Assembly: GCA_043228905.1 (NCBI GenBank) | Contig: JBHGNT010001175.1 | Location: 1-11,250 of the forward strand | Origin: Azolla caroliniana | Taxonomy: Eukaryota; Plantae; Polypodiophyta | Length of the DNA stretch: 11,250 nt | Direction of reading: 5' to 3' | Part shown: positions 1-8,471 of the stretch, one piece after another | Position numbering within the stretch: position 1 is the stretch's first letter | Layout of the letters: every line of letters starts with the position of its first letter | Position numbers and translations under genes: made by a program | The notes under the pieces: model-generated | What the model was told of the DNA's origin: nothing | Seen by the model: only the letters and a program-made list of their open reading frames with translations | The model's database searches: none

Positions 1-886
1 ACTCGTCTTACTATTATACTTGCATTGACAAATACACCCCTGTCTAAGATTTGGACAAAAACATGGTAGATACAATATACGTCGGATGACTTTGTTGACG
101 TGATATTAGTTAGTTCTATATTTAGCTATGTTTTCATAAACCACATACGCATGTGTCAAGCCTTTTTGAAATTCTGCTTAAGTAAGATATGAAAAAAGAG
201 AATGCGACATATTACCTGTTTCAAATGACCCGGTGTTGAGAGTGGAATATAGAAGAAGGTGATTCTTTGTTGATGATACCTCTCGATGTTGTTGATCCTT
301 CTTCTTTTGCCTTCCAATTGAGTATCTGAGCTAAACCGCGTTCCTTCTCCCTCCCCCCCTTCTTCACTAGAATAGGCTCTTATTTATAAGTTTAGGATTG
401 CTTGCCTTTTCCCCCTAAAAACAAGCTTGTCTATATGAGTCGACTTTTCTTTTCCTCACTATTTCTGATTTCTAGCCCCAAATTTCACATGCCCCAAAAA
501 GCTCATAATTTCCTCACTATTTCTATTTTCTGTTTTCTTTGGGCTAGCTTTCTTATGCATCTTTTCATTTCTAATTTGGACATCTGACGAGGAAATTATG
601 AGCCTTTTTCTCTATTGTGCTCATATCCACGCGTGCTTCTTGTTTTTTTCCTTCTCCCCATCTTTTTCTCTACTCTACCTTTGAAAACAGCTTCCAACTT
701 AATATTCATCATTATTTATAGTGAGGTTCAATCCTTTGACCTTTTATTTATAAAGAATTATATTTGGCAAATGAAATAGTATTTTTGCTACCAATAAAGT
801 TGACTTCACAATACTAGTTTATTTGAACTACTATTTTACTTCTTTTCGAGAGTGGTTTCACACTATGTGTTAGAAACATCACAACA
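1..886 (-). repeat. Probable 3' LTR of outer Gypsy element A (left end not determined, may run off the window)
   Basis: On the - strand, about 70 nt after the integrase stop (957), a G-rich tract GGTGGGGGTGCA is followed by TGTTGTGATG starting at 886. The region is AT-rich and non-coding, with TATAAATA (- strand) at 381-388. No second copy in the window to confirm. Confidence 0.55.
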
Positions 887-898
887 TGCACCCCCACC
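887..898 (-). promoter_or_regulatory. Putative polypurine tract of element A
   Basis: GGTGGGGGTGCA on the - strand, between the integrase stop and a TG-starting putative LTR. Confidence 0.45.
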
Positions 899-956
899 AA
901 ACCTGCACATCCTCCGGTATGTTCCAATGATTGTTACCTGCTATTGCTTATTCTTT

Positions 957-2436
957 TTAAACCTCGAAGTCTAGAGGTTTGATTTCAGGATTTGTGGTCT
1001 CTCTTCTCTTAAAGATCTTGATTTTCTTCCCTGCAATCGGCAAAGCAAGTTGAGTTCCATCTAACTCCGCTAGAAAATAGGTTGCATTATTTTCAATTTC
1101 CTTAACCACGTATGGGCCAAACCATCGTTTCATGAACTTTCGAGTAGTGTTATGCTGATTATCAAGACTGTTATCATAGACAAGTACCCAATCTCCTTCT
1201 TCAATTTTTCTTAGACGAAGACAATGCTTTTTATCAAAATTTTCCCGGTTCCTCAATCAAGCCTCACGTAACCATTCTATTGCTAACCCGACATCTTTGG
1301 GTCTCCGTTCTAATTGTTGGATCCATGTAGCTAGCAAGTCTTCTCGACTCATCTCCTCTTGCCATGGCAAAGACGTCCATGAGGTAACACTTTGCTCGAT
1401 AGGCATTATTGGTTTTTGCTCTAATATGTGCTCGGCCGGCATATATCCTGTAGTCATGCTATGTGTAGTTCTATCGGCCCACAATGCATATGGTAATAAT
1501 CATGGCTAGTTCCCCATCACAAGCCTTTGCGAGGGCTTTTACAATCAGGCTATGTCCCCGCTCCACCTTCCCATTTGCCTCCAGGTTGTATGCCATGGTA
1601 AGTGATAATTTGATGCCTATCCTTGAGAAAAAATCTTTAGCTTTATTTGCATCTAATTCTCCGGCTACTATTTTGCCAACACATCCGTATCGACAAATAA
1701 CATCTTCAAGGAGAAACTTGCAAACCACCAAAGGTGTTTTATTCCTTAGTGCCTGACCTTCTACTTGGTTGGTGAGATCCTCTCTTGTAAGCACGAGGTA
1801 TCTCATTTGCCACAATCCCATTGGCATAACCACTATGTCTACCAACCACTTATAGTGCATTGATATTGGATATGTTGGATGAAGTTCATCCCTATGTTGA
1901 ACATTCGAGTATAATTGGCATTGCGCACATGTTTTAACATAGCTTGCTACATCTTTGTAAACACCCGGCCACCAATACTTCTCCTTGAGCTTTGCAAAAG
2001 GTGCCCATATACCTCGACAACCTGCCCACACACTATCATGAAATTCAACAATTAGTGTTTATTGATCTTGTTTCTTGCACACCATTCGACGTGGAGTTCC
2101 ATTCTTCCTCTTTGGAAACTTCCATAGATGTCCTTCTTTGAGGAAGAACTTGTAGGCCTTCTTAATTCAGTAGAAGTCTTTCTTTGACCATGATTCATCC
2201 TTTGTAAGAGAGCTTAAGTACTTGCCAATTTAGATGAGTTCACCATCATAATCTTCTACTTTAAACACCGCTAGCACCCGAGCACAAGAAATTGTAATTT
2301 AAGAAGTTTAGGCCAACATCCTCTTCATCGGAGCGCGGATCTTCTTCACCCTCGTACCTTGCCCTTCACAACATATTGCTCACCACATTATGCTTCCCAG
2401 TTATATGTCAAATCGTGGGGTTGAGCGACTTGATAT
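957..2436 (-). pseudogene. pol: Gypsy element A pol, 3' part: RNase H C-terminus and integrase (degenerate, no chromodomain)
   Basis: Zn-binding region HDSVWAGCRG...KYWWPGVYKDV...CAQC; core WLVDIVVMP ... GKIVAGELD ... YNLEANGKVERGH; LWADRTT; GPY motif RWFGPYVV. Multiple stops and frameshifts across ORFs 1471-2031, 1257-1484 and 957-1256. Confidence 0.9.
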
Positions 2437-2565
2437 TGTCAAGAATAGTACTAAACAGAGAGAGAATTAGTACTAGAGAAGGGAAGTACTATTAGTACTA
2501 AGAGGACGGGACTGCGTAAGACTCCCGAGAGAGGAAGAGAGAAGAGGAGAGAGAGAGATAGTGAG

Positions 2566-2600
<35 letters not shown>

Positions 2601-2892
2601 GATAACAGATTATATATTAGAAGAAGAGTAAGTACAAAAGGGCTATGAGGCTAAAGACTGGCTTTGAACCAAATTGGTTCAACATAATGCCTAGTACCCT
2701 CTTTTATAGTGTTCTCAGGAGTAATCCTGAAGCTTCTAGAATGTTCTAGAGAAATCTGGAATATACATTAATTTCCTATAATAAAGTGTAAATGAAAATA
2801 ATATCCTACGTATTACAATAGATGATATAATGGTCAAGGGCTTGACCCATATAACCTAAGGTCATGGGTTCGAGTCTTGCCATATCATGACA
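2437..2892 (-). repeat. 3' LTR of element B (456 bp)
   Basis: Direct repeat of 7665-8108; TG...CA ends; adjacent PPT; contains (GA)14 at 2569-2596. Confidence 0.97.
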
Positions 2893-2905
2893 CTATCTCC
2901 CCTTT
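2893..2905 (-). promoter_or_regulatory. Polypurine tract of element B
   Basis: AAAGGGGAGATAG on the - strand, immediately before the TG of the 3' LTR. Confidence 0.9.
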
Positions 2906-2953
2906 AAAACAACGAGTGGCACGAGTCGTTTTGGATGGAGGACCCGGTTTGTG

Positions 2954-3112
2954 TGGATATTGACAATGGAATTCTTGAAGAAGCGCACGAGCATTGGTCA
3001 CATTCTCGATCGGTTCCCAAGTACGTTCACTGGGACTATAGCCTAGCCAATCGATTAGATAGTAGAGCTTGTTGCGAACAATCTTGGAATCAAGGATGGC
3101 GGCAACCTCGTA
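2954..3112 (-). other. Integrase C-terminal chromodomain (group I type)
   Basis: YEVAAILDSKIVRNKLYYLIDWLGYSPSERTWEPIENV; the Y/W/Y aromatic-cage positions are retained. Confidence 0.93.
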
Positions 3113-6100
3113 CTTTGGTCCATCTTCAAGCTCGATCGGGGGTGGAGGTTGTATAATACATCCTGGGATGGTGCTCTCGTGATAGGGTTTGAGGAGAGAA
3201 CTATGAAACACCAGATGTATCCGAAGTTGAGGAGGTAGATCGAGACGAAAAGCGACATCATTAATCTTTCTGATAATACGAAAAGGACCTAATCGCTGAT
3301 AATCCAACTTCTCACATGGGCGAGTATTCTTGATGTGTCGTCGTAGCAGCCACACCCGATCTCCAATGTTAAAACTAGATGGAAGTCAATGACGATCCGC
3401 GTAGTCCTTGTGCATTTGTTGAGCTTGTTGGAGATGAGTAGATAAATCCGCTTGTATCTTGCGTAACTGCTCCAAACGATCCTCCGCGCAAGGATTTGTG
3501 GACACCTCTGGGGTTTCAAGTACACTCCATTGAGGGTGACATCTCGTATAAGCAAAAAATGGCGTAACTTTAGTCGATGCGTGGATAGAGTTATTATAGG
3601 CAAATTCGGCGAAGTGGAGAATATCTGCCCAGTTATCCTGATGATAGCTGAGAAAGCACCACAGATACTGCTCCAGCGTTTGATTTGTTCGTTCGTCTTG
3701 GCCATCAGTTTGGGGGTGGTAGCCGGAGGAGAGGTTACAAGTGTGACCTTGAGCATTTTAAAAAGGTGCTTCCAGAATTTTGACACGAACTCGGGTCCAC
3801 GATCACTGACGATACTATCGGGAAGTTCATGATGCCGACATACTTCACACATGACAATTTTGGCGGTGTCTTGACTGGAGATTTCCTTAGTACATGGCAA
3901 GAAATGAGCCATCTTCGTATATCGATCTACCACTGTTAGAATCGCATTGAACCCCTTAGAGATTGGAAGATCTGTGATGAAGTCTAGAGCAATGGATTGC
4001 CACGACTTGCTTGGAATTGGTAATGGTTCTAATAAACCATATGGATGATGCCTTGGCATTTTCGCTCTGCAACATGTATCACAAGTCCGAACAAAATCTT
4101 CGACAAATTGTCGCATACGGGGCCACCAGAATGATCGTTGTACTAAATCTAATGTTTTAGTACTACCAAAATGCCCAGCTGTATATGTGTCATGACAGTT
4201 TTGTACTACTCGAAGGCGGCAAGAACCATTAGGAACATACAAAAGTTCTTTAAAGAAGAGTAATCCATCATGGTATTTGAATTGTCGATAGTCCGTACCT
4301 GGTGGTTGCGACTGTGAACACGACGCTCGAGAGGGATCAATTTGTGCTAGTATAGCTTGGGCGAAAACATCTGTCTTCAGGTCCACACGTATGATATTGA
4401 TAACGTGGGAATCCATGGGCATGCCAAAAATCTATGTTGCTTGCAGTCGTGCTGGTCCCAAGATTACTTGCTTTTGGTTATCGAAAGTTGGCTCGCCGGG
4501 ACGCGGTGTTAGATACAAACACCGTGATAATGCATCTGCCTTCCCTTGGTGCTTCCCCGGACGATATGTAATTTTGAAGTTGAAACGTGTGAGGAAGTGG
4601 GCCCACCGAGCTTGACGTCGATTTAAAACACGAGCATCCTGAAAGTAGGCAAGGTTTTTATGGTCACTGAATACGGTGACTTGATGAGAGGATCCCTCTA
4701 AAAAATGCCTCCATTGCATAAACAAGTCCACTATTGCCAATAGCTCCTTATCATGAATTTCATAGTTGATTTCGGCAGCGTCAAACTTGCGTGAGTGAAA
4801 AGCCACATGATGTAGCTTCTCATCATTACCCCGTTGTGACAGAATGCTCCCCAATGCGAAATCCAATGCGTCAGCTTCGATAATGAATGATTTTTCCGGA
4901 TCGACATGAGCTAGAATTGGAGCCGATGTAAATTCCTTTTTAAGACTCTCAAAAGCCATATCTGCTTCTTCAAACCAAACGAACGATTGTCCCTTCCTGG
5001 TAAGCTGTCTGAGAGGCAGAATGAGCTTTGAGTAATCTTGTATAAACTTCCGGTAAAAATTGGCAAAGCCTAAAAAGCATTGCACATCCCGTACCGAGCA
5101 CGGAGTCTGCCATTCTACCACCGTCTTGACGTTAGCTGGGTTCATGGAGATGCCTTTTGATGAAATGACATAACCGAGAAATTCCATCTGGTTGCACCCG
5201 AAACTACATTTTTCTAGCTTTGCATAAAGACCATGTTCTCGAAGTCGATTTAGTACTAACAATACATGAGAATCATGCTCTTCTTCGGTCTTTGAATAAA
5301 CCAGTAGATCATCCAAGTAGATGATTAGACACACATCCAAGAGATATCGGAATATATCATTTGCCATGTGCTGGAAGACTCCTGGCGCATTAGTGAGGCC
5401 GAACGGCATGACCGTATGCTCGAAGTGCCCATATCTAGTGCGGAACGCGGTCTTCCATTCTTCTCCTGGAAAAGTCAATCTTTGTGAAGAACCTGGCACC
5501 ATTGATTCGTTCTAAAAGACCTGAGATAAGGGGAAGTGCATACCTATTGCGGATTGTAACTTTATTCAAGGCACGGTAATCTACCACCAGACGAAGTGAG
5601 CAATCCTTTTTCTTGACGAAGAAAATGGGTGTGCCAGCTGGAGATTTCAAATGTCGAATGAATCCATTCTCCAAATTCTCCTCTATATAGGCTCGAAGGA
5701 CTTCTATCTCGGTTGGTGACAAATTGTAGATCGGTCCCCATGGTGGCTCCTTCCCCGGTTGTAAATCGATGGGGCAATCATATGGTCGATGGTGAGGAAG
5801 CGTATTGGCTCGTACTTTATCAAATACATCGACATAATGATGATACTTCTTTGGAAGCTGAACGGTGGACTCCTCTTTAATGGTGTCGGAGGTTTTTAGG
5901 GATATTGCGAAGAGAAACATTTCTTCCTTGCGTCCTTCTTCCCGCAACTGATGTAGTGAAATGGTGGCAATCTTCTGAGTAGATCCTCGGGTTTGTCAAC
6001 ACTGGATTTCTCTTGTTCTCCAATCTATGTCTGGGTTATGTAACTCGAACCATGGTAATCCCAAAACAATGGGATGTTCTGGGATACTAATAATGTTAAA

Positions 6101-6402
6101 TGATACTACACATGCTAAGTTATCTAGGACAATATTAACGAGTTCGGACTCTTCTATGATATTTCCAGAGGCAATGGGACGACCATCAATGACGACTACA
6201 GAGGCTGAACATGGGAGTTTTCTAAGAGATATCTGATGAGCTTGGGCAAAATTCCTATCCATAAAGAAAGAATTAGCTCCAGAGTCTAGAAGTGCTAAGA
6301 CGTGTACTGGAGGGGTACTTTTAGTACTAACTGTTACTTGGGCTACGAACACATTGCTAACTTGCTTAGAGGGAATGGAACCACTAATGGGCTGCACAAA
6401 TC

Positions 6403-6454
6403 TAGGGTTGTCCAACCAAACGGCTCCTATTTTGGCTGGACTTAGTCGTTTAAC
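6403..6454 (-). promoter_or_regulatory. Putative -1 programmed ribosomal frameshift signal (gag/pol)
   Basis: G TTA AAC heptamer in the gag frame, 6-nt spacer GACTAA, 11-bp stem GTCCAGCCAAA/TTTGGTTGGAC (one G-U). The -1 frame is open into the protease. Confidence 0.75.
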
Positions 6455-7593
6455 TCTTCTTCTAACTGACTAAGGACATCAAATTTGTTCGCTAGATCTA
6501 GACTATTAGAACTATTAGTACTATCAGATATCCCTACTATAATAGGCTCGGGTTTAGTACAATTAGAACTAGCAACTATTTGGTTTACTTGTCTTCTTGG
6601 CCTATGGGGACAATTTATTGCAATGTGTCCAGGTCCACTGCAGTAGAGACATAGTCGATTTGTTCGGCGTCGCTGCTTTTCTTCTTCGGATAATGGCCCT
6701 CGACGACGTGTAGTGTCAATCTCCATCGGAGTCGAAGTATTCACTAGAGGCGCATTATAGGACTCCCTCAGTAAAGGTTTTGCTACCATTGAGGCATAGG
6801 TGGATTTTGATCTTGCCCTCGGCATCTGTAGCTATCGTTTCGAACGTCGCTCAAAGAGGCGGTTGTCACATCTCACCGCACGGCTAATTGCTTCTGTTAA
6901 GGACTTTGGCTCTTCAGGGAAGGTCAAGAGTAAATCCTTGACATCGTTGCGTAAACCATAACGAAATTGCTCCATCAACGCTTGATCATGCCAAGGGATG
7001 TCAGCGGCGTGTAGGCGGAAATCTGCAGCGTATGCGGAGGCTGGACGGTCTCCTTGGCGTAATCGCCGGATTTTGTTGATTGCGGTCCTTATGTTGTCAG
7101 TATCTCCAAAGCATGCTTTAAACTCACCTATAAACTCTTCAAAACTGTTGAGTAATGGAGACTCCTTTTCCAACAATGGAGTGAACCATGCCAACGCTGA
7201 GCCACTTAACAGCGTCCCTACTAAACCCACTCGTGATGCATCGATAGGATATCGGGAAGGATGCATTTGAATAACTAATCGTACCTGATTAAGGAACCCT
7301 CTAAACTGCGATCGTGTTCCATCGAACTTCGTGGGAAGGCCAATCTTGGGTTCCTTATGAATCCCTTGTGTTTCGTAGCCTTGTTGTTGCATTGCTACAA
7401 TGGTTGCTTCGAGTTGTTGCACACGTAATGCAAGTTCCCCATGTTGTTGTTGTGTTTGCTACTTTTCTAAGGAGATTTGTTGAAGATCCCCCAACAACCG
7501 TTGATTTTCTTGTTCCAAAGCAAGGAACTTCTCTTTCAAGCATTGAAACTCTGAGAAAACAAATTGATATTCCTGAGCGCTAACAGTGACCAT
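6442..7593 (-). pseudogene. gag: Element B gag (coiled-coil-like N-terminus, capsid, CCHC zinc knuckle)
   Basis: ATG at 7593 (MVTVSAQEYQF...); capsid PTKFDGTRSQFRGFL, LRQGDRPASAYAADF, FRYGLRNDVKD; PMEID; CLYCSGPGHIAINC. Single frame with premature TAGs at 7459-7461 and 6832-6834. Confidence 0.93.
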
Positions 7594-7649
7594 GGGATGA
7601 AAACAAAAGAGGAATAAGAGATTAGTATGAAGGGAGAGAGACAGAAGGG

Positions 7650-7664
7650 CAAATTGGTTCCAAC
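7650..7664 (-). promoter_or_regulatory. Primer-binding site region of element B (candidate self-priming type)
   Basis: GTTGGAACCAATTTG directly after the 5' LTR. It is not the iMet PBS (TGGTATCAGAGC) and is largely complementary to LTR sequence 7879-7891. Confidence 0.6.
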
Positions 7665-8108
7665 AATCAGGAATAGTACTAAACAGAGAGAGAATTAGTA
7701 TTAGAGAAGGGAAGTACTATTAGTACTAAGAGGACGGGACTGCGTAAGACTCCCGAGAGAGGAAGAGAGAAGAGGAGAGAGAGAGATAGTGAGGACGAGA
7801 GAGAGAGAGAGATGATGATAACATATTATATATTAGAAGAAGAGTAAGTACAAAAGGGCTATGAGGCCAAAGACTGGCGTTGAACCAAATTGGTTCAACA
7901 TAATGCCTAGTGCCCTCTTTTATAGTGTTCTCAGGAGTAATCCTGAAGCTTCTAGAATGTTCCAGAGAAATCTGGAATATATATTAATTTCCTATAATAA
8001 AATGTAAATGAAAATAATATCCTACGTATTACAATAGATGATATAATGGTCAAGGGCTCGACCCATATAACCTAAGGTCATGGGTTTGAGTCTTGCCATA
8101 TCATGACA
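7665..8108 (-). repeat. 5' LTR of element B (444 bp)
   Basis: Matches 2437-2892 with 13 substitutions (manual count) and (GA)8 versus (GA)14; followed by TSD GATAT. Confidence 0.97.
7918..7924 (-). promoter_or_regulatory. TATA box of 5' LTR of element B
   Basis: cTATAAAAg on the - strand, conserved in both LTRs, upstream of a CT-rich leader. Confidence 0.65.
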
Positions 8109-8113
8109 GATAT

Positions 8114-8471
8114 AGCCAATCCATCGTAGTAGAGCAATATCGGGTGTAGCACAACCGGATATCATCCCAAGAATAGGTACACAATCGGTTTCGATTATGA
8201 CTTCCATTTCGATAAGGTAGTCGCGATCGATTTTAACCGTGGATACTATCCCCCATAGCTCTCTCTGTACTTGTGCATACTTTCTTTGTCTTTTGGTCAA
8301 CCCCTTTGCACCGAATCAAATTGCATACCGATTTTTGTCTTTGTCTTCTTGGTTAATCACCCATCCAATTCTGGTTGGGCTCATAGCCACTGTCACATAT
8401 ATCGGGGTACCTTCGGTGTAGTCGCCTTTGCGCAATGCTGGAGCTTCCAATAATAGTTTCTTCAACTTTTG
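8114..8471 (-). pseudogene. pol: Gypsy element A pol, RT connection/RNase H N-terminal part
   Basis: QKLKKLLLEAPALRKGDY..PIYVTVAMSPTRIGWVINQED...AI*FGAKGLTKRQRKYAQVQRELWGIV...IETDCVPILGMI...LRWIGYI. Continues in frame at 2431 (KSLNPTI*HITGKHNVV) once element B and one TSD copy are removed. Confidence 0.9.

Larger units (their letters stand above)
2885..6454 (-). pseudogene. pol: Element B pol: aspartic protease, RT, RNase H, integrase, chromodomain
   Basis: PR LLDSGA; RT LVVDYRALN, MPFGLTNAP, YLDD; RH IIEADALDFALG, HDKELLAIV, FSDHKNL; INT HDTYTAGH..CDTC, LDFITDLP, SDRGPEF, YHPQTDGQDERTN, LGPF; chromodomain. In-frame stops at 5996-5998 and 4432-4434; frameshifting deletion at about 5470 (KID|PGEEW); 2-nt AC duplication at about 3742. 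Confidence 0.96.
2437..8108 (-). mobile_element. Full-length Ty3/Gypsy chromovirus (Tcn1/Tf1-sushi-like) LTR retrotransposon B, nested in element A
   Basis: Termini TGTCA...TGACA; 5-bp TSD GATAT at 2432-2436 and 8109-8113; paired LTRs; domain order gag-PR-RT-RH-INT-CHD. Confidence 0.97.

Noticed and set aside
402-587. 61-aa hydrophobic ORF
   Set aside because: Product of T-rich low-complexity non-coding (putative LTR) sequence; non-ATG start
2446-2500. Repeated TAGTACTA/AGTACT palindromes as a CRISPR-like array
   Set aside because: Very short, irregularly spaced, inside a eukaryotic LTR, no cas genes
2816-2888. Functional tRNA gene
   Set aside because: Acceptor and anticodon stems do not pair; only the promoter boxes and spacing are tRNA-like, so it is reported as a finding instead
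6832-6834. Programmed stop-codon readthrough in gag
   Set aside because: The TAG is in mid-gag, is explained by CAG>TAG decay like the TAG at 7459-7461, and is not at the gag/pol boundary
1297-7583. Numerous short + strand ORFs (e.g. 1484-1756, 3530-3832, 6998-7270, 7314-7583)
   Set aside because: Antisense to retrotransposon gag/pol coding sequence; no independent evidence
8022-8300. 92-aa ORF as an independent gene
   Set aside because: Chimeric: Gypsy A RNase H read through the insertion junction into the LTR of element B
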